A stretch of 64,000 bases of DNA, taken from the NCBI GenBank assembly GCA_963726745.1, contig CAVSDR010000006.1, positions 608,001 through 672,000 on the forward strand. Reading direction: 5' to 3'. The position numbers and the translations under genes are program-made. Source of the stretch: an uncultured Verrucomicrobiae bacterium. GTDB taxonomy: Bacteria > Verrucomicrobiota > Verrucomicrobiia > Chthoniobacterales > UBA10450. Below are positions 47,636 to 58,344 of the stretch, piece by piece (position 1 is the first letter of the stretch; every line of letters starts with the position of its first letter). Under the pieces are notes generated by a model, which saw only the letters and a program-made list of their open reading frames with translations, was not told the DNA's origin and made no database searches.

Positions 47636-50030
47636 CTACCGCACCGCGGGCGATTCCAACCGCTGGGCGCGCGCGGCTACCGGCGGCGCCACCACGACGA
47701 CGCGGTAGAAAGCCATCGGAAGGCTGGCATCGCCCGGGGCGACAAATTGCGCGGAGCCGTTGCTCGCGGGGGTGAGATTGGCCACGCCGCTCACCGGCGT
47801 CCAAGTGGGGCTGTTGAAGGTGAGTTTGCGCTCAAGGCGATAGGTCGTGCCGCCCATGGCGTTGAAGGTGACCACGACGTTGCCGCCCTGCTTCGCGATG
47901 CTGGTGATGATCAACTGCGGCTCGACCGAGACCACGGTGAGAACCACGCCGGTGGCGCTGACATCCGAGCGCACGGTGAAGCCGCTGCTGTTGATGGTGG
48001 AGAAATTTCCGCTCGCGCCGCTGCTGCTGATGATCGCGAAAGTCTGGCCAACCGAGGGGTTGAAGCCATTCGCGAGGCTAAGATTGAGCGTGCCTGCGAT
48101 CGAAGCCGCGCCGCTGACCGCGAGCCGATCAAAGCCGCTCCCGGGTGCGGTGCCGCCGAGTTGGATCTCAAGGTTGCCGTTGCTTGTCTGGTTATAGCTG
48201 CCGTTCACGGTCAAAGTGCCGAGCGCGCCAGAACCGGGGGAAACGGTGCCGCCGCTGTTGACGGTGACGCTACCGACCGCGCCGGTGCCGCCGAGGGTGG
48301 CCCCGGTGTTAACGACGACAGGGCTGGTGACGCTGCCGTTCACCAGCAGGATGCCGTTCGAGACCGTGGTCGTGCCGATGTAATTGTTCGTGCCGGTGAG
48401 GGTGAGCGTGCCGGCGCCGAGGAGCGGGCCACCGGCTTTGGTAAGCCCGCCGCTGCCGGTGAAGTTGCCGGCAAAAACTCCGGTGTGGCCGTTGGTTTCG
48501 AAACGGAGGCCGCCAGCCGAGATGTTGAAGTTGTTCGGCAAAGTGGTGTCGGCCTCGAGCCGGACGTAGCCGCCATTCGAGGTCAGGCTGGTGAAGCTGA
48601 GCACAGGGTCGGTCCCGAGGATGAGGCCGCCATTGCCGTAAAGCAGCGTCGCGGCCGCGGTCACCTGGCCGTTGCCGGAGACGTGCACTGCGCCGGGGCC
48701 GCCGGCGCCGGTGGTGTTGCCGCCGATGTAGAGGTTGCCGCCTAAAATCCATTTCGACCCGCCGGTCACGTAAACGTCGCCGCTTGAGCTCGGGTTCGCT
48801 GCCACGAAACCGTCGACGCTCGCATTCACGACCGCGCCGCTGGCAATTTCCAACAGCCCAATGCCGTTGCTGCCCACCGTGAGGCCGGTGTTATTCCAAG
48901 TGCTCCCCGCCCCGGTCACCATGACCGAACCGGAAGCGCTGCCATCGCGTCCGAGGACGCCGTTGCCGTTAATGACCACGCCGCCGCCGAGGATCTGCAT
49001 CCGCCCCGCAGTCGTGGCACCCACAGTCATGGCCCCGGTGCCGCCGCCGGCCGCCGGAGATCGGGGCGAAGTCGGCAATGTAGAGGCCGGGCGCGGTGGT
49101 CGAGCCGTTATCGACTTCGACAAAGCTGGTGTTGAAGACCTTGAGCACCGACGACTGGGCCGCGCCGCCGGTGAGGAGACGCAGGCTGCCGTTGCCGCCG
49201 CTGACGCCACTGGTGCCGACACCGCCGATGTAGAGGCCGTAAACGCTGTACCAAAATCCGCCCGAGTTGATCGTGACGGACCCGCTGGAACCGCCCAGGC
49301 GGGCGACTGAAGCCTCGCCATTGGCAACCACGCCGTTGTTGGAAATGGTGAGCGTGGCCGCGCCGGCCCGGCCCACATCGATCGGCTGGTTCGAGAGCGA
49401 CCAGTAGGAATTGGTCCCGGTGACGACCGCGGTGCCATCCGACCCGCTGGTGGCGGCGATCTGCGTGGCGCCGGTGGCCGCGAGAGCCCCGCCTTCCAGG
49501 TTCCAGAAGCCGTGGCTATTCCCGCTGCCGATCGTGAGATCGGGGATGTAGAAGAAGGTGTTCACGCCGGTGATGAGAACTGAACCAGTCGATCCTTGGT
49601 TGCCGGAGCCGACGGCGAAGAGGCCGCCGTTTTCGGTAAACGAGGAACCGTTGCGGACCTCGAGCAGGCCGTTGCCGACGACTCCGGTGGCGGTGGAGCC
49701 ACCAACGACCACGTTGCTGGCGACGGTTAACCCGCCCACGCCGGCGGTGCCGAGGCGGAGCGTCCCGGTGTTCCCGGTGCCCGCAGGCACGCCGAGGAAG
49801 AGCTGCTGTGCATTAGCCATCGAGCTGTTGAGCAGCGCGGTGCCGCCATTGGAGATGACGGCGTCGATGCTGGACGAGGGAAGCTGATTCCCGGTCCAAT
49901 TCCCGCTGTTAAACCAATCGCCGGTGGCGGGATTGATCCATTCCGTTTGGGCGGCGCTCAGGTTTTGGGAAAGAAACAGCGAGATGGGCGCCAGAAGGAC
50001 CGCGCATAGCTGGAGGGAATGTCTACGCAT
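47636..50030 (-). CDS. Secreted protein with T5SS/PEP-CTERM-associated and autotransporter-associated beta-strand repeats (indel near 49050)
   Basis: Signal peptide; W....GDWF...NW; repeated G...VTG.GS.W units; GGLTKAG...GTLTLTGTNNY.G.TTVSNG.L; no beta-barrel; ends YRLERK...W...FYRV. Confidence 0.8.
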
Positions 50031-50200
50031 ATCGAGTAATGAAAAACGCGGTTTAGTCTAGAATATGTCCTGATTATGGAACGTGGGGAGGCGCCGCGGG
50101 CCATCCTTGGTAGCACTTGACCGCCTGCTTTGCACGACAATTTTCGCCGCGAAACGCGAGAAAACCTCCCGCACCGGCGTTCGCCTTCGCACCCAGAACG

Positions 50201-50235
50201 CAAAAGCCTGGCAAAGGTTTCCCCTTGCCAGGCTG
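50201..50235 (-). terminator. Probable intrinsic terminator of the 50263-54087 gene
   Basis: Minus strand AGCCTGGCAAGGG-gaaa-CCTTTGCCAGGCT followed by TTTG. Confidence 0.7.
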
Positions 50236-50262
50236 CGTGAGGTCTAACGGTCGATCGCTGTC

Positions 50263-53200
50263 TTAGCGGGCGCTGACTGTTTCCACCCGGGGCGTCAAGG
50301 TGCCGCCGGCAGCAGCGCGGACGATGATCGCGTCGCCGCCGTTGATCGCGCCGTCGAGGTTGACGTCGGAGCGGAAGTTCGGCGCCGTCAACGGACCACC
50401 TGAACGGTTGCGCGTCTGGATGACGTCGCCGCTGTTCACGAAGGTGTCGCCAGTGGTATCACCGAGGAGGACGTTCAAGCCGCCGCGCACGGTGTTGCTG
50501 AGGTTGCCGGCATTATCCTGAACGCCGTTGAGCGTGATCCCGAGGTGCTGCGCATCAGTGACTCCGGTGAGTTGAACGACATACTCGCTCGGGTTGCTGC
50601 CGATGGCGCTGCTGGCCACCGTGCCGGTGCCCGTGAGGGAGACGCTGGCGACGCTGTTGAGCGGGTTTGCGAAGGTGAAGACGACGGTGTGCTCGCCGTT
50701 CGCGCCGCCGGTGCGGCATTCGATTCCAACACCGTTCAGGCCGAGGTCGAGATCCAGCGGACCGGCGCCTGCATGCGTCTTGCGCGAGACCACGCTGTTG
50801 AGCGTGACCGGCGTCGGCACCGGACCGGAGGGCAACGGCCAGGCGAAGGCGCCGCGGCCGCGGGTCCAGACCGAGAGGGTAGTCGCGCCGCGATCGATCT
50901 GCATATCCCAGATCATGACTGCGGGCATACCGTCCTTGAAGCGATACCAGACCGGCGAAGCGGCGGTGATGTCGTTCGTGTAGTAGAGGCCAAAGTCCGT
51001 GCCGGCGAAGACCTGCTGCGGGAAGTTCGGGTTGCTGATGACCGAACCGACGGGGATGTCCGGCAGGTTGCCGGTCTTGTCGAGCCAGGTGAAGGTCGCG
51101 CAGGTATCGCCGCAAGTGACCTGGAAGACGTGGCCCGGAGTAGTCGGCGAGTTGGCGTTGAAACCGCCTACGCCGGCGTAACCGACCGGGACGTTGCGCG
51201 CCGGGACCACGGGATCGAGAGCAACGCTAAGGATCGGGCGATTAGGCAGCACACTGTTGCCGCCGGTCACGTTGACCCAATTCGCCTGGCTGGCGGTGCC
51301 GGTGCCGAGGTTGAACCCGATTTGCACGTTGCCGTCGTTCGTCCCGACGATCGCGACCGAGTAATATTTCGGCGAATACTTCACCTGGTTGATGTAGGAA
51401 CGATTGCCCAAGGTCCCCTTGGTCAGGTTCGGCCCCGCGGCGGCGCCGACCGGGTTGTTCGTGATATACCAGGCGGTCGTGGGGACGGTGGCGCCAGCGC
51501 CGCTGATCGTCTCGTAAACGCGGGTGGTGGCGGCCAGCAAGCGGCCGCAACCGGTCGTCGGGCCGGCCGCGTCGCAGTCGTCGCCGCCGGGGATGCCACC
51601 GTGGAAGAGATTAATCGGCAGAACGAAGGACTGCTGGTCGCCCGTCCAGGCGCCGCGGCTGCTGGTGTAGGTCGCGCCAGAGTTCGAGCAATTGCTCACG
51701 CAACGGCTGAGGCCGCCGCTGTTATTGCCCTGCCAGACACGCAGGCTGCCGGGCAGACCGCCCTGGGTGGTTCCGCCGAGGAAACCGTTGCCGTTCATCG
51801 TGGTGTTGGTGCCGTTCTCGGTGAATTCGATGAAGTTCCCTACAGGGCCAGGAATCACCGAGGTCACGATCACATTCGCACCCGTGCCGCTGGCGGTCAC
51901 TTCCGTGGAATCGCGATTGATCGCGGTGCGGATGTTCGTGGCCGCGGTGTTCACCGTGGTGCTGGCCACGACGTTCCCGGGGCTGGTTCCCGACGCGACC
52001 CAAGTGAAGGTGACGCTGCCGATTTTGAAGGTCTCGCCCGCGATCGTGCCGCCAGTGGTCACAACCATGGTCCCTTGCGCCTGCGTCTGGCCGGTGCCGA
52101 TCGGATCGATCTGGCCGGAGAAGCCATCGCCGCCGAGGCCCATCTGCCATTGCACCGGACCGGTCGGGGTGCCGTTAAAGGTCACCGAGCTCGGGCCGTT
52201 ATCCTGCGCCCCGCCCACCGCCATGGGGTTGCTGGCGTTGGCAAAATTGCCGGAGATATCGCCGGCGTAGAATTCGATCGTGTTCAGACCGTTGTCCATA
52301 TTGAACCAGGTCGGGCGCGCGGTCCCTTCCTGCACAACATCGGCATTGGTGGTCGCGAAGATGCCGCCATCGCTGCCTTCCAGGAGAATGCTGGACGAGC
52401 CTGGGATGAAGGCGAGGGCATGATGGTCCACATGGACCACGTGGTTGGCCACAGGGGTGCCGCTATAGCCGCAGGTGACGTTGTAGAAGGTCGAGCCGGT
52501 CCGGTTCGCCACCCAGGTATCAAAGGTATCCACGAAGAGGCGGTCAGGATTGTTCGGATCCACCGCCAGGCCCTGGTCGTACCAGTTCTGCGGGTAGTCG
52601 CCGCCGCCGGCCGCTCCCGAACCCACGGCCGAAGTGCCGCCCGTCGCGCAGGCGCGCAGCGAACCGCCGGCTGAGCCTTGCATGAAGCTCCAGCTATTCC
52701 CGCCATCGATGCTCGACCAGACGCCGAGTTGGCAGCCGGAGCCGCCGCCGCAGCCGCTCGCCGTGTTGCCGGCGATCGAGCCGACCTGGGCGTAGATGTA
52801 ATTCGGGTTGCTCGGGGCGACCGCGATGTCCATCCGGCTCAATTGATTGCCGGTGGTCGCGTTGACGTAGGGATCGCCGCTGCCGGCATTCATCAAGGCG
52901 CCGGTAGTGTAAGGGCTGCCAGTCACCGCGGTGCCAAAGACGAAGCCGTTGTCGTTGCGCGTGAGGAGCGTGAAATCTGTCGGGCAACCGCTCGCGGGCA
53001 TGGTGCCTTTGTAGAGGCCGTTCGCGCCCTGCGCGCCGAGATCGTATTGCACTGGGGTCGCAAAGCCACGCGTGCCGATGGCCGCGAGGATGCGGGTCAC
53101 CCCGCCGCCCATGTCGGTCAGTTCGAGACCGGTAATGTCATGGCGCTGGGTGTTGAAGTTATTTGTGACGCAAGGTCCGGTCCAGCTCACGCCGCCGTCG

Positions 53201-54087
53201 TAGGAGAAGAAAAGGCCCTTCTTAGTCCCAGCGACCACGCGGCTGCTGCTGTTCGGGTCCACCCGGACTTTGCCGACGGCATCATACTGGGGGAACTGCC
53301 CCGCAGGCTGCACATAGGCCGCGCCGAAAACCGCCGAGCCGAGCACGGCCCAGGTTTTGCCGCCGTCGGTCGTCTTCAGGATGCCCTGGCTGCCCATGGA
53401 GAAGGAACCGAAATTCAAGTCGCCGGTGCCGGCGTAGAGGACGTTGTGGTTGCGCGGATCCATCGCCAGGGTGTCGACCGACGTCGTCGCGATCAAGGGA
53501 TCGTCCGTGGTCACGGTCCAGCTGGTCGTGGGGGTGCAGCAGTTGGTCGTCTTCCAGACGCCGCCGTTGACCGCGCCGATGTAGGCCGTGATCGAGCCGT
53601 TCGTCGTCGTCGTTGGGTCCACCGCGATCGCGTTCACGCGTCCTTGGGTGATGCCGTAATCATAGCAACCGGAGCAGCCGGTCATGCGTTCCGGCGCCGG
53701 CCCGAGCGCGGTGAACGTGGTCGGGTCGAGTCCGGCCGTCGAACGGTCGCGGTTGTAGCTGCGGGCGTTGATCCCGAGCGGAAGTTCGCGGCTGATGAGC
53801 GAATCCTGCTCCGCGGCCTGGCGCACCCACGCGGGGTCGAAGCGTCCAGTCGGATAAGTGAGGCGGTCGTGCCACATCAACTCCATGCGCGCGAGGTCAT
53901 CGGCCTCGCCCCCGGGCACGGGCATGTAACGCGGGGCTTCGTCCTTCTCGGCGACCGCGGGCACTACGGCCTGCGGGATTCCGGCGAGCGCAAAGAACGC
54001 CAGGAGGCCACCAAAGGAACAGAAAGCCAGGCCAAGCAGGAGGCGGCGCTTGGAAAAGCCGGAGGGAGTTGGGGATTTTAGTTTCAT
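50263..54087 (-). CDS. Large secreted BNR/Asp-box beta-propeller protein with C-terminal dockerin-like domain
   Basis: GRVNAIAVDP, GGVWKT, LYAGTGD, KTTDGGKTW, S.DGG.SW Asp-boxes, HVDHHA, T.GRG; C-terminal VVSRKTH...GIECR...GDTTGD..VNSGD...RSDVNLDG.IN.GD. Confidence 0.82.
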   Translation of the reverse strand: MKLKSPTPSGFSKRRLLLGLAFCSFGGLLAFFALAGIPQAVVPAVAEKDEAPRYMPVPGGEADDLARMELMWHDRLTYPTGRFDPAWVRQAAEQDSLISRELPLGINARSYNRDRSTAGLDPTTFTALGPAPERMTGCSGCYDYGITQGRVNAIAVDPTTTTNGSITAYIGAVNGGVWKTTNCCTPTTSWTVTTDDPLIATTSVDTLAMDPRNHNVLYAGTGDLNFGSFSMGSQGILKTTDGGKTWAVLGSAVFGAAYVQPAGQFPQYDAVGKVRVDPNSSSRVVAGTKKGLFFSYDGGVSWTGPCVTNNFNTQRHDITGLELTDMGGGVTRILAAIGTRGFATPVQYDLGAQGANGLYKGTMPASGCPTDFTLLTRNDNGFVFGTAVTGSPYTTGALMNAGSGDPYVNATTGNQLSRMDIAVAPSNPNYIYAQVGSIAGNTASGCGGGSGCQLGVWSSIDGGNSWSFMQGSAGGSLRACATGGTSAVGSGAAGGGDYPQNWYDQGLAVDPNNPDRLFVDTFDTWVANRTGSTFYNVTCGYSGTPVANHVVHVDHHALAFIPGSSSILLEGSDGGIFATTNADVVQEGTARPTWFNMDNGLNTIEFYAGDISGNFANASNPMAVGGAQDNGPSSVTFNGTPTGPVQWQMGLGGDGFSGQIDPIGTGQTQAQGTMVVTTGGTIAGETFKIGSVTFTWVASGTSPGNVVASTTVNTAATNIRTAINRDSTEVTASGTGANVIVTSVIPGPVGNFIEFTENGTNTTMNGNGFLGGTTQGGLPGSLRVWQGNNSGGLSRCVSNCSNSGATYTSSRGAWTGDQQSFVLPINLFHGGIPGGDDCDAAGPTTGCGRLLAATTRVYETISGAGATVPTTAWYITNNPVGAAAGPNLTKGTLGNRSYINQVKYSPKYYSVAIVGTNDGNVQIGFNLGTGTASQANWVNVTGGNSVLPNRPILSVALDPVVPARNVPVGYAGVGGFNANSPTTPGHVFQVTCGDTCATFTWLDKTGNLPDIPVGSVISNPNFPQQVFAGTDFGLYYTNDITAASPVWYRFKDGMPAVMIWDMQIDRGATTLSVWTRGRGAFAWPLPSGPVPTPVTLNSVVSRKTHAGAGPLDLDLGLNGVGIECRTGGANGEHTVVFTFANPLNSVASVSLTGTGTVASSAIGSNPSEYVVQLTGVTDAQHLGITLNGVQDNAGNLSNTVRGGLNVLLGDTTGDTFVNSGDVIQTRNRSGGPLTAPNFRSDVNLDGAINGGDAIIVRAAAGGTLTPRVETVSAR

Positions 54088-54276
54088 ACGGGATTTTGAG
54101 GGCGGGAGAGTGGTCAGGACGCGCCGCCACTGACAAGGAAAACTTTTTTTATTTTCAATCTCTCGAGGAAGTTGCGAATACATCGGGCTTTCCCATAAAA
54201 ACCAGACGCGGCTTCTGCGGCCGCGCCGGTTTTAGCCGACACTTTCACCCTCCAGCGCCCTCCCCGGCGGGAACGG

Positions 54277-56473
54277 TTACGGCAGCATTTGCCCGGCCCG
54301 TGACCGCGCGATGATGGCGTCGCCCGCGTTAATGAAACCGTCCGCGTTCAGGTCCGAGCGGACCGTCGTGGCGTCCGGACTGCCGGAGCGGCTGCGCACC
54401 TGCAGGCTGTCGCCGACATTGACCGTCCCGTCGCCGTTACTGTCGCCATAGAGAAACGCGATCGGCACCACGATGTCGCCCACGCCGCTGCCATCGTTCA
54501 CGCCTGCAAGCGTAACACTTAACCGGGAAACATCCGGCACATTGGCGAGATTGACCGTGATCACACTCCCGCTTGAGCTCGCGCTGCTAACCGTGGCCGG
54601 GCTCGTCACCGAAGCCCCGCTAAAGGTGACCGCAGTCGGAAACGTCACGACAATCTTGTGCTGGCCTGCGACCGGCCCGACGCGGCATTCGATCCCGCTG
54701 TTGCCGACGAGTGGCAGGTTAATATCGAGATCGCCTTCCGCGGCGTGCGCTTTCCGCGAAACCGCGGCACTCACCGGCGGCGCATACGGGAAGCGGAATT
54801 TCCCGATGCGCGTGCCCCAGGCCGAGCTGCTGGTGGCGGGATAGTATTCGTTCGTGTGCCAGAAGGAAAAGTTGTCCGCCGGATCGATCCCAAGTGCGCT
54901 GTAGTCGCCCCAGCGCCCGCTCGAGCTGGTCTGGTGCCCGCCGCCGGCGATGAGCACTGCCTCGCCTTGCGCAAGAGTATTCACTGGGTCCGCCGCGAGC
55001 CGTCCGGCATAACGAATCCCGGGCTCGATCGTGCTTCCGGAAGCCGAGTAGGCGATCGCCATGTTGCCCGCAGCATCGACCGAGATGCTGGGCATGAAGC
55101 GCCAGAGCCCATCGGCGGCGTTGGTGAAGGTCTGCTGCTGCGCCGCGGTCGCGGGAATCGTCCCGCCGGTGACGTTAAATTGATACCAGCGAATGCCGGT
55201 GGGGCCGGTGCCGGCCTGGTTATTGTTCACCGTGTGCGCGGCCCAAAGCGACTCGACCCCGGCGCGATTTTGGTAGACCACCGGCGACATGATCTTGTCG
55301 CCTAAAGTATCGAGCTTCGCCGTGGTGCCATTCTGCGGCACGATCAAGGTCGTGCTGGTGTAGGCATCCACAAAACCACTCACGGTGATGTCCGCATTGG
55401 CAGTGTGGTTTGCGCCCACGCCAAAGGTGGAATTCGCCGGCGTGGTGAAATCCGGCTGGAAGCGCCAGACGTGCACCTTCGTCTGGACCACACCGGCAGC
55501 GCCCGGGCTATCGATCGCGAGCAGATATTCCGCGGTCCCGGCCGGCGGCGGGCTCCCAGCGCGGAAGGTGGCCGCGACCAGGCTGTAGGCATCGCCGATG
55601 GTGGCAGCGTCAATCGTGTAGGCGATGGCGCCGGCATTAGGCGCGCCGGTGCCGTTGACCATCGCCTGGCGCGGCAGGGCAAAGACGCGCACGCCGTTAA
55701 AGGTGGTGTTGCTGCTGAAGAGATTCACCGTCAGGTAGTAGGCGTTCGGCCACAGCGCGATCTTCCCGTAATCGCCGAAGTGTGACGGGTTCGCCGGGTC
55801 GATCTGGACCGCGTAGAGCCACCAGCCGCCCGAGACCGGGATCGCTCGTCTTCGAGACGCCGATGCACTGGTAAAACGACACGCCGGGGAAAGCCGGGAA
55901 CGCAAAGTCGCTGACTACCCAGCGATCCGCGAGATGATCATAGAGCACCAGGCCGTCGCCTTGGTTTTGGTTTAAGCCGCACGGCGTGCCGCTGCTCGCG
56001 AGCCCGGAAAAAAAGCTGTTGTAGGTCGTGGGCGCGAGCAGCTGGTTGCCCGCCTTGTCGATGATCTTGATGCTGGAATTAACCGACTGGATGTAGTGGT
56101 TCGGCCCGACGTCGCCGTGCGTGTCCGGCGGCAGGCAACCGCAGCCGCTCTGCGCGGAATTAATCCCGGCAAAGGTCGCAAGCGGCGCCGGCATGGTCAC
56201 CGCCTGCGCGACCCGCCGCACGGCCCGGATCGCATCCTGTGCATCCGTTCCTTGGAACGCTGGGTAACGGGTAAGCCGCTGCTCATCAGCTTCCATCGTC
56301 GCCGGCTCAAACGGCAGGTCGCGCAGGTCGGTATCCATCGAGACCGGCCCGATCAATGGGACCACATCTGGCTGGCCCGCGGCCGGAGCCTTTCCGTCCG
56401 GCTCCGCAGCGGCGACGGGAAACGTCAGGAGCGTGAGGGCGAAAATGTGGGCGAGGCCAAGTATCTTTTTCAT
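54277..56473 (-). CDS. Secreted protein (uncharacterised propeller-like domain) with C-terminal dockerin-like domain (indel near 55838)
   Basis: Signal peptide; PPDTHGDVGPNHYIQSVN, DYGK, RWGDYS; C-terminal AVSRKAH...GIECR...GDSNGDGTVN.GD...RSDLNADG.IN.GD. Confidence 0.8.
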
Positions 56474-56524
56474 AAAAGCGGGGAAGGACGAGAACAGAAG
56501 TCTTTTGCCCGCCAAAAGTCACGC

Positions 56525-58285
56525 CTAATCCAGGGTGTAAGCCTCGACCGTGGCCACACCGAGGCTCCCGTTCTTGCCGCGCACGATCGCGGTGTGCGCC
56601 GTCGGCGGAAGCGTGGCCACGATGGCCGCCTCGAGGTCGTTTGGCGGCGGCACCGTGCTGTCGATGATCTCCTGCTGCTGGCCGCCGGTGCGCCAGTTAT
56701 CGTTTGTCGCCAGGAGCACGCCGTCTTTGTTGTAAAGCTCGAGCGTGGGGTCGGCTAATTTGTTCGCGACCGCGAGCGACGGCCCGAGCGAGCGCACGAT
56801 CACTTTCTTGTTCGTCGTCCCGGTGATGATGAAGCCGCCGATCATGACGTCATTCCCGGTCTGGACAAAGCCGCGGCTGGAGATGTTTGCCAGGGTGGAA
56901 TCGGCCGCCGGATCGAGGTCGTAGATTTCCACCGAGCCAATCCCGGTGCCGCCGCCGACGCCGCGGACGATCGCGGTGTAAGCGGTGCGATTCGCTGGCA
57001 AAGTCGCGATGAGCGCGGCCTCGAGGTCATTCGTCGGCGGGACCGTGCTGTCGATGATCGCCTGCTCCTGGCCGCCGGTGCGCCAGTTGTCATTCGTCGC
57101 GATCAAGCCGCCCGGTCCGTGCAATTCCAGGATCGGGTCGGCTAATTTGCCGGCCAGATTGTAGGACGGCCCGAGCGAGCGAATGATCACCCGCTTCGGC
57201 TGCGTGCCGGTGACGATGAAACCGCCGATGAGGACGTTGTCGCCCGTGCCCACATTCATTCGCGTGGAGATATTGCCGAAGCGCGCCGGGGCGCCGACTG
57301 CGGCCGCGAGGTAATCGACTTTCGCGTTCAACAAGCCGCTGACGGTGGTCGTGCGCTGCGTAGTCGCGACGCCGCTGCCGCTGAAGGTCGCGGTGTAGGC
57401 GCCGTTCCCCGGCACCGGCACGGAGTAGCCGCCAGACGCGCTCGTGATCGCAAAGAAGTTCGAGCCGTTCACGTCCACGCGGACGCCGCCGATCCCCTCG
57501 CCCGGGTCGTAGAAATTGTTTCCGTTGGCATCGTTGTAGACCACGCCGGTGACAAAGGGCGTGCCGCCGCTCTGCGTGCCGAAGTTTTGCACCACGTAGA
57601 AGGAATCCCACGGGCCGCCGGGCTGGCCGGGATTATTCTGGTTATCCGTGCCCACGGAAATGCCGATGCCGGCCTCGCGCCAAAAGCCGAGCATGGTCGT
57701 GTTGCGATGACCGCGGCCGGGCACGGTCAGGTCGGTGAAGAGATCGTTGTGCGCCTGGAGGATGGCGCTGATTAATTTCGCGCCGCTATACGGTCCGCTC
57801 CCCTGCGACTCGGCGATGGCGACATTCTCCGCGCCCGGAAAAAATCCGGAAGTGGTCGTGGGCCCGTTATACGTCGCTTTCACATAGCCGGTAGCCGCGA
57901 TGCGCTGGTCCGGCGTGCTTCCGCCAAAGGTGTGGGGCGAGCCGCCGAGGAAAAATTGGTCGGCGTTGTTGAGATTGTTTGCATGGTTTTGCGCGGCGGT
58001 CTGGAGCTGCGGATTCCACGAGAGCGGCTGGTTCGCATTCGCAATCGTCCACACTTCGCCATTGTAATTCGGCGGGCCTTCCTGCAACCCGCTTAAGCCC
58101 AAGCGCGTCGCCTCCGCGCCGCCGTTGGCCCGCGCGCGGTTGATCAGCTCGAGCATGTATTGCTGCTCATTCGAGGGGTTGCCGATGGAATACTGCGTCT
58201 GCCCCTGCGCTCCGGCCGCGAGCGCGAGCAATCCCACCACCACACCAACCCCAGCCCCAAAACGACGAAACTCCGTAGCATGCAT
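56525..58285 (-). CDS. Secreted CAP/SCP-domain protein with tandem 'NISTR' C-terminal domain
   Basis: EQQYMLELINRAR, L..AAQNH, ENVA, GHR..ML, GIG, QNFG; then GNISTR...LIGGFIV...NDNW twice. Confidence 0.82.
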   Translation of the reverse strand: MHATEFRRFGAGVGVVVGLLALAAGAQGQTQYSIGNPSNEQQYMLELINRARANGGAEATRLGLSGLQEGPPNYNGEVWTIANANQPLSWNPQLQTAAQNHANNLNNADQFFLGGSPHTFGGSTPDQRIAATGYVKATYNGPTTTSGFFPGAENVAIAESQGSGPYSGAKLISAILQAHNDLFTDLTVPGRGHRNTTMLGFWREAGIGISVGTDNQNNPGQPGGPWDSFYVVQNFGTQSGGTPFVTGVVYNDANGNNFYDPGEGIGGVRVDVNGSNFFAITSASGGYSVPVPGNGAYTATFSGSGVATTQRTTTVSGLLNAKVDYLAAAVGAPARFGNISTRMNVGTGDNVLIGGFIVTGTQPKRVIIRSLGPSYNLAGKLADPILELHGPGGLIATNDNWRTGGQEQAIIDSTVPPTNDLEAALIATLPANRTAYTAIVRGVGGGTGIGSVEIYDLDPAADSTLANISSRGFVQTGNDVMIGGFIITGTTNKKVIVRSLGPSLAVANKLADPTLELYNKDGVLLATNDNWRTGGQQQEIIDSTVPPPNDLEAAIVATLPPTAHTAIVRGKNGSLGVATVEAYTLD

Positions 58286-58344
58286 GGGCGCACGCTACGG
58301 AGTTCGCGAATTTCTCTCAAGCCTCGAGAGGCTGAGAATGCTGA

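Noticed and set aside
47636..50030. Classical autotransporter
   Set aside because: Passenger-type repeats are present, but there is no C-terminal beta-barrel ending in an aromatic residue.
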